From assembly GCA_028534125.1 (NCBI GenBank), contig CM052817.1:50532001-50596000 (forward strand): a stretch of 64,000 nucleotides of DNA. The letters run 5' to 3'. The notes below the pieces were generated by a model. It saw only the letters and a list, made by a program, of their open reading frames with translations, was not told the origin of the DNA and searched no databases. Origin of the DNA: Lama glama (lineage: Eukaryota). Position 1 is the first letter of the stretch. Each line of letters begins with the position of its first letter. Of the stretch, positions 24,829-38,671 are shown piece after piece. The translations under genes and the position numbers were made by a program.

Positions 24829-26299
24829 GTAAGATCACCACTGTGAAGTTTCTGTGCTCAGAACACCTTGTTTAGAGTCATGTGACCTGTGGCTGTTGAA
24901 TAAACACTAATTGATGTTAATAAAACGTGGGCTGTGAACACCATGAGAGATGTAGAAGGAACTTCAGAATGATTACAGGATTCCTGTATCATGTATTTTT
25001 ATGTTACTGGATTACATAAAGCCAGTGTTTTAATTTAAAATTCTTCCTTATCCTGGCACCAAATTTGTCATACTGTAGGATTCATTTTGGCACACCCTAC
25101 AGCAACAATATTATTTTTATTTTCTGCTGATTTTAGTTTGGTTGTTCCTATTGTGAATAGGAGCCTCTTACATGAATTCAAATGGTTCTCAGTTCACAAA
25201 TCTTTTTGCTAGTCTGACCCTACATTACCAGTACCTTTGCACTGATTATGTTCTCAATAGCCTTGAAGAAATTCAGGTTCAGTATTAAGGGGCAATTTTT
25301 AAAGGGCTTTAACAATTTCCTTTATTTATCACATAGAGCTGTAGGATTATTCCCTTTTTAAATAGTCTATTTGTGTGGTTACTTTTAACATCTTAAAATT
25401 CTCCTATAATGTTTGTTTCAAGTATTATTTCACCTGGCCTGAAATAGAACAGTTTCCTGTTGGCAAGTTTTTATCACTATGATACATCTCTTTGATGAAA
25501 AGTATACCAGCAAACCCTTATGAAGTGTACAGTTGGAGGATTATTTAAAGATATATATATTCCAAATAAAATGTACAACTAGTTGTTCAGAAGTATTATC
25601 TCCTTTTTTTTACTTACATTGGTGGGCCCTGAGCATGTTCAGGAAACCATTTAGAATTCAGTAACAGATTAGTCTCAGTCAAAGACATAGAATCAATGAT
25701 TTCATTATATTATTCATCTAATTTTGCATCCATCAGATACTTATTGAACATCTTCTATACCTATGGCATTATGCTGGGGATATAGCCGGGAATAATCCAG
25801 AGAAACTGTGGTCCATTTGGCCTGGCAACATATTTCTACTTCTCTTTTCCTGTTATTTCTCACCGTGCATTTATTGTCAGACCTTTCCATTTCATCATGT
25901 AGTTATTATTATATTTGTTAGATTATTATCTACATCATTTGATAATAAACATTATTACAGCAATGCTCAGTTAATTGATAAAGAAGCTAGGATCAAAGAA
26001 TTAAAAAATTCAGTATCTTTTATCTTTCTATACACTCATTGTCCTCAATTTATTTTTCTCTAAAGCTCTCTTTTAAAACTGGCTCTGTCTCTGCTCATAT
26101 ATACAAACTCCTCTGATTTCTTCCATCCCTTTATTTTGAATGTAATTTGCTATGTTTTACATAGCGTTCACCTTTTCTCTAATTGCTTATAATTAAGAAA
26201 CCTTAATTTCTCTGATTACCTTTTCTCCCTTTCCCCTTTCATCCTTTCCACCCTCTCTCCCCCACTTCCTTCCTTCCTTCCTTTCTTCCTTCTTCCTTC

Positions 26300-26520
26300 T
26301 TCTTATAAATATGTTGAATAACTCCTGTGAACTAGGCATTACATAAGATCTAGCTGTTGTGTCATATTAAACAGTTTTTTATTTAATTCATCTCATTTGA
26401 CCTCCATTCCTTTGCAATAGATATTATTACTAACTTCACTTTATAAACAGGAAACCCAAGACTAAGAAAATTAAATGATTTGCTTAAGAATACAAAACTG
26501 GGAAAAGACAAAATCTAACA
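26300..26520 (-). mobile_element. MIR SINE (diverged)
   Basis: catctcatttgacctc...cactttataaacaggaaacccaagact...ttaaatgatttgcttaag. Confidence 0.6.
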
Positions 26521-28828
26521 GAATTCTACAAAAATGTCTTAGAAAAACATGACACTTAAAGAGTTTTCATGCATGGAGTCATATGGATTTTCTTGAAGTA
26601 ATGACATTCTTTATTGATTAAATTATGATAAATAAAATCGTGGGATTCAATAAATGTGGTTTTATTATTTAAAACAATGTAGTAATTCACTGTTTAATCC
26701 AGTTTAGAAGTAATATGTGGCAGTATAGTGTTTGTTTGATCTGCGAAGTATCTATTGATCATTTCAAAGATTCTCACTTGGTTTTAACCCATAAAGCCAT
26801 CTATTTCTCCTTATATTGCTTGACTATGATATAAATCATATCCAGTAGGAAATAGTAAGAAAGAATAAAACAGAATGAAGAAATAGAATATAGTGTTTTT
26901 TTCAATGGCAACTAATATTCCTCAACCCTCTGTTAGGTTTTTATTATGGAGATTCATTACTTATTTCAAAATGTCATGACTACATTCTTTATGAAATATC
27001 TTCATAAATTACCTAAATATGACTTTGAGAGTTTAGACAGTCATTTAGTTCACAGAAATTCACAAAATTTATAACCAAAGTTATCTTTTTCTAAGTAAAA
27101 AAAAAATGCATTTTTAATGAACTTTCCCCCTTTTTTCTCTATTATGAGCAAGAGATAAACCACTCTCTTCTAATATTCTGAAGTACAGTTAACTCCTGAG
27201 AGTATATTTGAACAATTCTGTTCTTTTTAAGTTATTGAAAAATTAATTATGTTAATTGTAGGTATAAAACCTAGATTTCCCTGTAAGCTATTATCTCTCT
27301 AGTAGTATGTAGTATTAAATACTGATATTTCAAGTCTGAATAAGTTTTTTTTTATAGTGTACTATGTGTATGTGAAATGCCACTTCAAAGAACCAAGCTC
27401 ATGTGATTATATAATAAAGCTTTTGTCTTCTGTAGTTGGTAATAAATAAAAAGTATTTTATAGGGAAGAAATTCCTCAATGCATTATTGCAAAGATACAA
27501 TCACCAAAAAGCTCAAGTCATAGGAAAGCAGTGTTCACAATGGGAATTTAAAGATTTTTCAAAATAGTAGTTGTGGCAGACTTTAAAAGATTGAAATGAT
27601 AAAGACAGATATCTGGATTAGTCACTGTGAAATGGTGACTCTTGCTCTTTTAGGGTCATCTTCCTTAAGGTGGTGTTTTCTAAAAGATTCAGGGATTTAG
27701 GGTAGTGGTAGTGATAATATCAGACCTGTAGGCAGAGTTCTTTGTAGTAATAAAGTTTTCCTAATTGGTCAGCACATTTTTCATAACTCATTTACCATCA
27801 GTTATTTATGGCCAAGTAGGTATAGAATAAGGAACTTCAAATAGAACCACAAATACATTTTCAGGAAACAAGCAAGGTAGGTTGCTATGACTTATGTCAC
27901 AACTATCCTCTATTAAAATAGAGAATTTCAGTATCTATCTCACACTTGGAGTACCGTTGAATGTCTCACTAATTTGATCAAGAGAGGAACAAAAGATTAG
28001 TGGTGGGAAGAGGTATTAAGTGAAAATAATCTCTAAAGTCCCATTTACCTCTAAAATTCTTTGGTTCACATGCATTCTGTTTCTAAGATGACTTTTAACC
28101 TGGGAGACCTAAGCTGTTATTGTGGTATTGTTTTGGAAAGGCAATGCTAAAAACTGAGGAAAACTTTTACAATTTTAAGTAAATCCAAGCTACCTATTCC
28201 AGATATTACCCGAGAGCTACTGCAGTGTATCAGAAAATGATTTGTTTATTGACCAAGATCAAGAACAACTGAAAGTTGAAGTGTATTCCCTGAAAGGTTG
28301 CCTGATCCATAAGTGAACAACAGGTGTTTGATATAAATCAAATTTTTGATTAGTTGTTATAAAAGTAACACAGTGCCCAGAATGTAAGAAACATTAAAGG
28401 AATTGTTGTTACTATTGTTATTAAATCCTGCTGGGGGATTCTAAGACATATTCCCCAACAATGAACTTCTCATCAAAAGTGTCACATAAAAACAAGAGGG
28501 TTTGAATAACTAAGTGGAATAAAAAAGACATTTATATTACCCAGTGGGGAGAGAAAGTGACTGTTTTGCCAAATCAAATGAAGTGAGAGAGAGAAGCTAA
28601 GGAGTGAAATGATAAATGCTGGTAGAAGAAATTATTTCCATGTTTTTGTGTCAAAGGGGAGAGTTTTCTTGATTTTTATGCTACAATAGCTACTTCTAGC
28701 ATATGGCCTACTGAAGGTAAGAAGTGAAAGTTCTATACGCCAACAAATAGCAAGGGAATCCAGTGCCCATGAAAAGGGCCATGATGGTTCAATTAAGTTT
28801 TTCTGGGATATAATTTTGTGATATTCTC

Positions 28829-29299
28829 TGTATTACTTTACTAGTGCTGCTGTAACAAATTACCACAAACTGGGTGACTGACACCAATAGAAATGTATTC
28901 TCTTGTATTTCTGGAGGCCAGAGTCTGAAATGAAGGTGTCAGCAGAGTTGGTTCTTTCTGGAGGCTCTGAGGAAGAATCTGTTGCATGTCTCTCCAAGCT
29001 TCTGGTGGTTGCTGGAAGTCCTTGGCATTTTTTGCCTTGTGGCTGCATTACTACAATCTCTCCTTGCATTGTCACGTGGCTTTCTTCCCTCTGTTTGTCT
29101 TCATATAACCTTCTCTGTATATCTGTTTGTCCTTTTTTCTTACTAATGACACCAGTTGTTGGATTTACAGTTCACCCTGATTCACTGTGATCTCATCTTG
29201 AATTAACTAATTATATCTACAAAGACTATTTCCAAATAAGATCACATTCTGAGGATTGAGGTAGACATAGATTTGGGGGGAGCTATTCAATCCAATACA
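28829..29299 (-). mobile_element. MaLR LTR (MLT1C-like)
   Basis: tgtatta...gctgctgtaacaaattaccacaaactgggtg...ttctggaggctctgaggaagaatctgtt...tattcaatccaataca. Confidence 0.9.
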
Positions 29300-29615
29300 T
29301 ACAGCATGTTCAACACAAAGAGTAAAGTTGTTTGAAGGAACAAACACTAAATCAGCTCCATTTCTTCTAATCTCATATGGACATCTGGGATAAGGACTAT
29401 GTATCAGTAGTTGTAGAAATAGGTTTTCCAGAGTGAATTTGTCCAAAAATTCAGTTTATCTTACAAGTCTGATCTTTAATATTGGCTTTATATGCTGTGT
29501 GGTGTGTTTCTAATAATTAAATAAATCATATATCTGAATGCTTATTCTGTATTTTAGAAATTCCCTGGAATGGTGAAAAAGGGAAGAGTTTTATGACTTA
29601 AAAATCTAAGGAGAT

Positions 29616-30135
29616 TTGGTTTTCTAGTATTTTGTTGAGAATTTTTGCATCTATGCTCATCAATGATAATTGGCCTGTGATTATCTTTTTTGTGATATCT
29701 TTCTTTTGCTTTGGTATCAGGGTGATAGTGGCCTCATGGAATGAGTTCGGAAGTGTTTCTTCCTCTGCAAATTTTTGAAATAGTTTCAGAAGGATAGATG
29801 TTAACTCTTCTCTAAATGTTTAGTAGAATTCACCTGTGAAGCCATCAGGTCCGTAACTTTTGTTTGCTGGGACTTAAATTACTGACTCAATTACAGTACT
29901 GGTAATTTGTCTGTTCATATTTTCTATTTCTTCCTGGTCCAGTCTTGGGAGTTTTTACTTTTCTAAGTATTTGTCCATTTCTTTTATGTTTTCCATTTCA
30001 CTGGCATATAGTTGCTTGTGGTAATCTCTTATGATCATTTGTATTTCTGTGGTGTTGGTTATAATTTCTCACTTTTCATTTCTGATTTTATTGATTTTGG
30101 TCATCTCCCTTTTTTCTTTACTAGTCTGGATAAAG
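29616..30135 (-). mobile_element. Inverted 5' segment of a twin-primed L1 (ORF2 sequence)
   Basis: Antisense ORF2: ctagtattttgttgagaatttttgcatctatgctcatc...tagaattcacctgtgaagccatc. Confidence 0.9.
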
Positions 30136-32667
30136 TATCACACACCATGATCAAAAGGGATTTATCCCAGGGATGCAAGTGTTTTTCAATGTCCACAGAT
30201 CAGTCATGTGATACACCACATTAACAAACTGAACACTAAATACCATATCATCTCAATAGATGCAGAGAAAGCTTTTGACAAAATTCAACATCTATTTATG
30301 AAAAAACTCTTGGAAAATGGGCATAGAGGGAGCATACCTCAATATAATAAAAGCCATATATGAAAAACCCACAGCTGACATCATTCTCAATGATGAAAAA
30401 CCGAAAGCATTCCCTCTTAAGTTCAGGAACAAGACACGGATGCCCACTTTAGCCACTTTTATTCAACAAAATTTCAGAAGTCCTAATCACAGCAATCAAA
30501 CAAGAAAAAGAAATAAAAGGAATCCCATTTAGAAGAGAAGAAGTAAAACTTGTTGATTGTAATTGTCATTGATTACAGATGACATGATACTATACATAGA
30601 AAATCCTAAAGATGCTACCGGAAAACCACTAGAGCTCATCGATGAATTTGGTAAAGTTGCAAGTCACAAAATTAATATATAAAAATCTGTTGAATTTCTA
30701 AATGTATTTCACTATGAAATACAAGAATGAGAAATTAATGAATCAATCCCATTTACCATCACATCAAAAAGAATACCTAAGAATAAACCTACCTAAGGAG
30801 GCAAAAGACCTGTACTCCAAAAACTATGAGACCCTGATGAAAGAAATTGGTGATACAAACAGATGGAAAGATATTCTGTGTTCCTGGACTGGAAGAATCA
30901 ATATTGTTAAATTACCATACTACCCAAGGCAGTCTACAAATTCAGTATGATCTTTGTCAAATTATCAATGGCATTTTTCACAGAACTAGAACAAAAATTT
31001 TTTAAATTTGTATGAAAACACAAGACTCCAAATAGCTAAAACAATCAAGAAAGAAGAATGGAGCTGATGGAATCATTCTCCTTGACTTCAGACTGTATTA
31101 CAAAGCTACAGTAATCAAAACAATATGGTACTGACATAAAACAGACATATAGATCAATGGAACAGGAAAAAAGACCAGAAATAAACACATGCACTTAAAG
31201 TCAATTAATCTATGACAAAGGAGGCAAGAATATACAATGGAGAAAAAAGTCTCTTCAATAAGTGGTGCTGGGAAAACTGGGTAGCTACGTGTAAAAGAAT
31301 TAAATTAGAACATTCTCTAGTGCCACATATAGAAATAAACTCAAAATGGATTAAAGACCCAATTTAAGACAGGATACTGAAAAACCCTTAGAGGAAAACA
31401 TAGGCAGAACACTGGCATAAATCGCAACAATATTTTTTTAGATCTGTTTCCTAGAGTAATGGAAATAAAAACAAAAATAAACAAATGGAATCTAATTAAA
31501 CTTAAAAGCTTTTGCACAGCACAGGAAACCTAAACAAAACAAAAAGCCAACCTACAGAATAGGAGAAATATTTGCAAGCAATGAGACTGACAAGGGATTA
31601 ATTTCCAAAATAAACAAACAGCTCATTCAGCTTAATATAAAAAACAACAACAAAAAATAACCCAAATAATAATGGGTATAAGACCTAAACAAGACATTTC
31701 TCCAGTGAAGACATACAGATGGCCAACAGGCACATGAAAATATACTCAATATTATTAATTATTTGAAAAATGCAACTTAAAACTACAGTGAGGTATTACC
31801 TCACTCCAGTCAGAATGGCCATTATCAAAAAGTCTACAAATAATAAATACTGGAGTGGATGTGGAGGAAAAGGAACCCTCCTACACTGTTAGTGGGAATG
31901 TAAATTGGTGCAGCCACTATGGAGAACAGTATGAAGGTTCCTTGAAAAACTAAAAATAGAGTTACCATATGATCCAGCAATACCCCTCCTGGGCATATAT
32001 CTGGAAAAGATGAAAATTCTAATTCAAAAAGACACATGTACTCCAGTGTTCATAACAGCACTTTTTACAGTAGCCAAGCCATGGAAGCAACCCAAATGTC
32101 CATTGAAAAATGAATGGATAAAGAAGATGTGGTATACATATACAATGGAATACTACTTGGCCATAAAAAGAATGCAGTAATGACACTTGCAGCAACATAG
32201 ATGGACCTAGAGATTATCATACTAAGTGAAGTGAGTCAGACAGAGAAAGACAAATATCCCTATATTTGGAAGTTAGAAAAGACAAATATCCCTTATATAA
32301 ATATCACTATGATATCACCTATACGTGGAATATAAAAAAAAAGATATACAAATGAACTTATTTACAAAGCAGAAATAGACTCACAGACATAGAAAACAAA
32401 TGTATGGTTGCCAAGGAGGGGGAAGTGGGGAAGGGATAAATTAGGAGTTTGGGATTAACAGATACACACTACTATATATAAAATAGATAAACAACAAGGA
32501 CCTACTGTGTAGCATAGGGAACTGTATTTAATATCTTGTAATAACATATAATGGAAAATAATCTGAGAAAGAAAATATATATATATATAAAACAATCACT
32601 TTGCAGTACACCTGAAACTAGCATAATATTGTAAAGCAACTATGCTTCAATAGAAAATACTAAAAAT
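30136..32667 (+). mobile_element. L1 3' 2.5 kb: disrupted ORF2 RT/C-terminus, 3' UTR and A-rich tail
   Basis: ORF fragments [25 protein letters not shown] and LRINLPKEAKDLYSKNYETLMKEI..WKDILCSW.GRINIVK; RT catalytic region reads TDDMILYIENPKD near 30575; many frameshifts. Degenerate TSD ending aaggagat at 29600-29615 and 32668-32683. Confidence 0.95.
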
Positions 32668-32899
32668 AATAATTGAAGGAGATAATTCATGAAAATTTTC
32701 AGATATACTTTTTATATGTTCAAGCTTTTACAGAATACTTTTATATCTAATGTTATATCAAGACACTTTTCTGATGAATAAGGAAAAACAGCAGCCTTTT
32801 ATTTCTCTGTGTTGAACATAACAGTTTTTAGCAAGAGAACAGAATCTTTTTGACAATTGCTTTTTTTAAAGAGCCATTGTTGTCTCTTTTATAATATAG

Positions 32900-33255
32900 A
32901 GGCGTGGCTGAGAAGGCACTGTCCAATCAGAGATAACAAGGATTTCCTAGTACTTTTTGCATCTTTGTGGGACCACATGACTGGTTGTCTCTAATGGAAA
33001 ATGATGAAATGATTTAAAAGTTTGTATGCCATCTCCATGTGCTCCTTCCCCTTTCATTGTCTTCATGAAAAAAATTATGGTGACCACTCAAGCCAAATGT
33101 TGAACATAGAGACTTATAATATGGAATGAGCCCAGGTCCCATAATTAGCATTTTGAAGACAGCTGCCCACCAAACAGGAGGATACGTTTTAGGCTTTGCT
33201 TACTTAAGTAATAAACTCTTACTGTGGTTGAGGCATTATGTATACATCCTAATTT
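32900..33255 (+). mobile_element. Old ERVL LTR (LTR16-like)
   Basis: atttcctagtactttttgca...ccacatgactgg...aagccaaatgttgaa...gagcccaggtccc...aataaactcttactgtg follows the LTR16-type layout. Confidence 0.55.
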
Positions 33256-34756
33256 TATTAAACAATATACCTTAAAGATATATTCACAAAAAGTGATTAA
33301 TTTGTTTTATAATTTAATTAGAAGTTTTACTACAAGTAGAAAAAGTTGATTCTTGCCGGAATGCATGTGATTTTTAGATTTGCACAAGGCAATATTGAAA
33401 AAGTCTCTTAAAAATCTTGGGAAAGTTTAAAAATACTATGAGTCACTTCAGCAGCAAAAGTTTGAGCCATTCTGGAGCAGCCGCATCATACAGTTCCATC
33501 AAATTCTAATTTCAAGTCTCATTGTTTCATGATGAGAAGCGACCATTTGTATTGAACTATGATCTTCTTGTTCTCTTACCTTCTGCATGACAGATGCAAT
33601 TAACTGCTTTGCTGTTTAATCCCAGGGAAGAATTGTACACTTATTTGTTAGTGCTTCCTGTTATTTCAAAACAGAGAAACAACAATTTGAATTAATGGAC
33701 TCAAAGGCAGCAGATAAAGTCTTGTACAGTGACAGTTTTGGAACTCAGTCTCTGTGATGTCAATATAAAGTGAACGCAGTTCAGTAGTATGATGTAGCAC
33801 CTTCCTGATCAGGTGAATATCACTCACTACATGCTTTATTTGGCAGAACATTATTAAATTGATGATACTCAAATATAAAGCTGTGTTCTTAGTATGAAAT
33901 CAAGAATGACTCCCAGTATTATCTTCCTGAGTTTTGGTGACTTGTAGAAAGTAATGATAGAGAAAGGCTAGAGGTTATAAATTGATCTGGATTAAAAAGA
34001 TAGAGGTTTTGACAATTCCTTCATTCAGTAGCATTTAATATCAGTTAATCTTTTATTTTTTTCTATTTTACTGTTTTGAAGTTATAATAATTATACAGAA
34101 GACTCAGGGGAGGGACTCTTCAGTATATCACATTCTCTATAGAACATTTTAGTATATAACATTACAAAAATATCACTGTAGTGGAAGCCGGATTGAATTT
34201 CAGGCAGTTGTTTTTCATCAGTTTCAAAATGTCTGTTTTAGAAGCAGAAGACTGGAAAACGGTCTCCTTTGTGTAGCATTGCTAATTAATGGAGGTTCTT
34301 AAAATTTACTGTCTTGACTTTTCACAAACACATTTAACCATTGTTCACATGCATGCATCCACCTCTCACTTAAAATAATCAACCACTCTTTAACATAGAT
34401 ATGCATCCCCCTTGTCCTGAGGAGAGCCCCAGGGAAGCTTATTCAGCAGTGACATCAAAGTTAAAGAGATTTGCTCTTGTAAGCTAAATAACTTCCTGTG
34501 TTCTACTATACTTGAATTTCTCCCTAAGGTTGACAGAAGGAAGGGAAAAGGAAAGGTAAGCAAATAAGCAAAAAACTATCACTGCTTGTATAAAAGTTAG
34601 ACATATGTGCTCCTGTGAGTGACATTTAGGTAAATTACATTTGACAGTGCCTTTGTTTTTATTGTTCTTAACTATATATTTATGTCACTGTTGAGTAGGG
34701 AAAATTCTCAGTTAAGAAATTGAGCCTTTTAATTGCTGCTTTTCAAAATATACCTG

Positions 34757-34900
34757 CATAGAATCTTAAAACTTGAAAGGTCCTTGGAGCCCCATTCCCT
34801 CATTTAATAGAGCAAATATAATACCTGAAGTGACTTGTCCAAGATCACACAACTAGTCAGTGGGAGAGTTGGAACCGGAATCCGGATATCTTGCATCTGT
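34757..34900 (-). mobile_element. MIR (MIR3/MIRc-like)
   Basis: catagaatctta...gaaaggtccttggag...aagtgacttgtccaagatcacacaactagtcagtgg. Confidence 0.75.
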
Positions 34901-37766
34901 TTTTCCTTTGTCTTTCTAATTTTTCTTTTCATCTAATTAGTTCGCTCCAATAAGCATTTCTGTTTCACATTTTGGATTTTTTAAAACAAATGTTTAGCAT
35001 AGTAATGTTGCTTTCTTTATTTGGTCACTCTTAGAAACTGTTCTTGGAATAAAGAGAAACACAACATTTTGGTTTGCTATTGTGATTTGAATTTCTAACT
35101 TACTACCATTTAAGACATCTAATGAAAATTGATCTTCAGAATAAAAGTACTTGTTTCAGAGATATTTAAGGAGCATTTCCTGTTGGAAAATGTCTGAGGC
35201 TACTAACGTGGGATTAAATGAAGCCATATTTTATTTCTTGGCAAAAAGTTGACCTACTCTAGTCCTACTCTATAAATGTGCAACAAAAAGCCATTTAAAA
35301 TATCTAATGCAATAAGCTTTTCTTTCAAGTTCTAAAATCTGTGTATAATTCAAAATGCTTTATTCCTTCTCTTTCTAAATAAACATCTGAAGAAAGAATG
35401 GTAGCCTTAACATTGAATTCCTTGGTCTTTGTCAGGTTTGTCACAATAGTAGTGGTATTTAAATGTGATGTTTTTACCTACGAGTTTGAATTAAACATGG
35501 ATTCTATTTATTATCAGCACATGCCTAGTGGCCAGTTTTTAAATGATATTACTGCTGAGTTGAATAATTATAAATAAAACTGTGCCGAAAGTTAATTGAT
35601 TATTCTAGGGTAATCAATATTTTTTAAAAGGGGGATTTTTAGTTGGCTAACAGCAAATGAATTTTATTCCATGGTTGTGGTACTAAATGATTTTTTTAAA
35701 ATTTATCAATAAGAAAATGTACTATCTTTCAGATTAACACAAGAGGGTGAGCTGAATAAAAGTTATCTTGTTTTTATTTGCAAAGGCCATTAAGCTGAGT
35801 ATCTAAAATTATATGTAATCGGGGTGCTATAAATTGTTTTCCTTGTGATGAAGTTCTGATCCATTAATGGGTATGTCACTTTTCAAAAATAAATGAATCA
35901 AACCAACCCTTGATCATTATATTTGATCATGTTTTTGTTATTTTAATGGATAACTTTTAATGAGTGGTAGAAAAATTTCAGACCTTAAAATTTTTTTAAA
36001 TTTGTTATTCTTTTATAGTCTGATAAAGAGTTGAAAAGTACTATGAATTATAGTTTTAAAAAATTCTAACACCCTGAATGGCTCTGTATTTGTGTTTAAC
36101 ATGTCATCAAAGACCTCTGGCCTTGCAATTATTATTTAAGTTTCTAGTTCTGATGTGAAGACTATGATAAATAAATATGTCATGTATCATACAGATCTCC
36201 CACATAATACGTTCATATATCATCTGTTTATCTATCAACTGCCTATCTTTTTTCTGTTTACCTGTCTTTCCATTCCTTTACTTGTCTTCCTTGCTATATA
36301 TTGGGGATGGCAAAAATTTTTTTCTGCTTGACCACATTAGCTTTCAGAGGGACCCAAAAGGATTTCAAACCCAGCTGTAAATTCTTCCTTAAAGATGTTG
36401 TGCTGTCTCTTACTGCTATAGGAAGGTATCATGATATAGTGGCTTTCTTAGAGTCTGAAAACAAAAAGTTTATCAGCTACATTTTGCTTCCTGGTGCCAA
36501 GCTAGTGGGAAACCAAGACATCATTTAGTTCTTATAAGTAATACATGAAAGTGTCTATTTAAAGTTGGCTGAGAAGGGCATGCGTATACATAGAGAAATG
36601 CCACAGATTCACTTACTTACTTACTTACCCAGTGGTTAGTATTCCTTAAGGCTTTTTACATGATTTTCAGTGCCTTATTATCTCAACTTGAATCCAGATG
36701 GGGAAATGTATGCATTATGGATAGTACAGTGCTGATTATAGTAATCATACACTTAACTGTAATTGTTGCGCTACTTTTTCAGAATTTGCAAAATCTTGTA
36801 AGTCTGTACCCACTTTTTCACTGCCCTTTTGACTTGAGATACATAAAACATTTTAACCCAAAGATAGACCAAAGATAGAAAGGAAAACTTGAGTTAAGAT
36901 AAAGAAGGGAAGTATTCCTTTTCATGAGTGAGCAAATATACATAAATTCAAATATAATACATATTCGTGGCCCTTCTCATTCTTCCTCCTGCCTTCTACC
37001 ACTACAAACTGAAAAGTAACCTCTGAAAAAATGTAGATATAAGATAAAAATATTTACAAACATATACAGTTTTCTGTCCTTCCACACTGTTTCCCTATGT
37101 GTTTTTCTTTTTCAATGTAGAAGAGCTCCCCTAATTTATATTTTTCCTCCTTTCAAAATAAATTAGTGTGAATTAACATGTACACAGGAGGGAGTTACAA
37201 GGAAGCAGAGAATATGTAGTTGCAAATCTGAAAAGTTTCTCTTATTCGTGTAGAAATCAGCTTATCCACATATAGAGACAAGGCGTTTCCAAAGCTGGGC
37301 CCAGGTATGGTGCTAGTGGGGCCTTTTATAATTATCCGTATGCTATGTATTACATATGTATACATATATATTGTATAAAGCACATAGTGCAGAATATATA
37401 GTTCATAGTACATGTATATAATGAATAATGTATAGTATGTAGTACATACACAGTTTCTGCTTGGATCTTATAAAAGAAATACCAAAGATTCCAATGTCTG
37501 GTAAAACTTCAAGTGGAAAATCTTGACATGCTCCTCTGTAAAGTAGTTGCAAAACTTTCCTTCTTGGTATGTATATTTCTAGGCTTCTGATTCAAAGAGC
37601 ATAAAGTACTGCAGACATTTCCCTCATGTTGCTGCTTCCCGAGATGACCAAGCCCTATATCCCTCAGTCAGTGACCCTCTGAGATCCTGCAACACTCAGT
37701 CAGCCAGTGGCCCAGGCTGCAACTGACTTCAGCTCTTCAATGGTTTTTGGATCATTGGTTTCCACT

Positions 37767-38225
37767 TGCATTAGTTTTCTAGGGCTGCATAGCCAAGTAC
37801 CACAAACTGGGTAGCTTTCAACAACTGAAAGTTATTGTTTCACACCTCTGAGCTCTGGAAGTAAGAAATCAAGGTATCAGCAGGGTGGATTCTTGTCTAG
37901 GCTCTTAGAGATAATTTGTTGCATGGCTCTTCTTAGTTTCTGTTGGTTTGTGGCAATCCTTGGTGTTCTTTGGCTTGTAGCTACATCACTCCATCTCTGC
38001 CTCTATTCTCAAATGGTTTTCTTTCCTCTGTATATCTGTGTCCAAATTTCCCTCATCTTAGAAAGACAAAAGTCATTAGATGAGGGCCTGCTGAATCTGA
38101 GTATGACCTAAGTATGACCCCATCTTATGTTGATTGCAAAGACCGTATTTCCAAATTTCTCAGTCGTGGGTACTGGGGGTTAGATCTTCAGCATATCTTT
38201 TTGGGGGACACAGTCCTACCTAGAG
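37767..38225 (-). mobile_element. MaLR LTR (MLT1C-like)
   Basis: tgcattagttttctagggctgc...taccacaaactgggtagc...gcaaagaccgtatttccaaat...ttttgggggacacag. Confidence 0.85.
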
Positions 38226-38529
38226 TAGCCTGCTGGTGTGCACATGCAGCTGCATATGCTGAGAGACTCTCGTGATACTTAAGTGGCTGGTCCAAGATAG
38301 TTTTCAGGATTCACTGCATCTTGTGCTGGGAACAGCACAGAACTCTTGTGCCTGATAGCTTAAAGTTATTTTCACTCCACGGGAAAACAGTCCATGGATA
38401 AGGAAAGTGGACCTCAGAACACGTAAGTAATAAATCAACACTCTAAAACAAATGTTAGATCTCAGAAGAAAAAAACAGGTCTTCTAATTTTGTTTAAGGG
38501 ATTAGAGATCTCTAGACTTCTAGAAGACT

Positions 38530-38590
38530 CTCTAGAGGTGAAGCCCAGGAATTTCCAATTTTATCAAGCAGCTCAGGAAATCTTGAAATG
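38530..38590. mobile_element. MER5-like hAT fragment
   Basis: ggtgaagcccaggaatttccaattttatcaagcagctcagg resembles MER5 ggtggggcccaggaatctgcattttaacaagctccccagg. Confidence 0.4.
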
Positions 38591-38671
38591 GATTACCTCT
38601 TCTGAAGCTACCTCTTCGAATCTACCCTGCATTTTGAATTGTTTCTTCAAGAATAAATTTAAAGAAAAGTC

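Noticed and set aside
30012..30950. ORFs resembling reverse transcriptase as a functional CDS
   Set aside because: Fragments of a 5'-truncated, frameshifted L1 ORF2 with an altered catalytic motif context.
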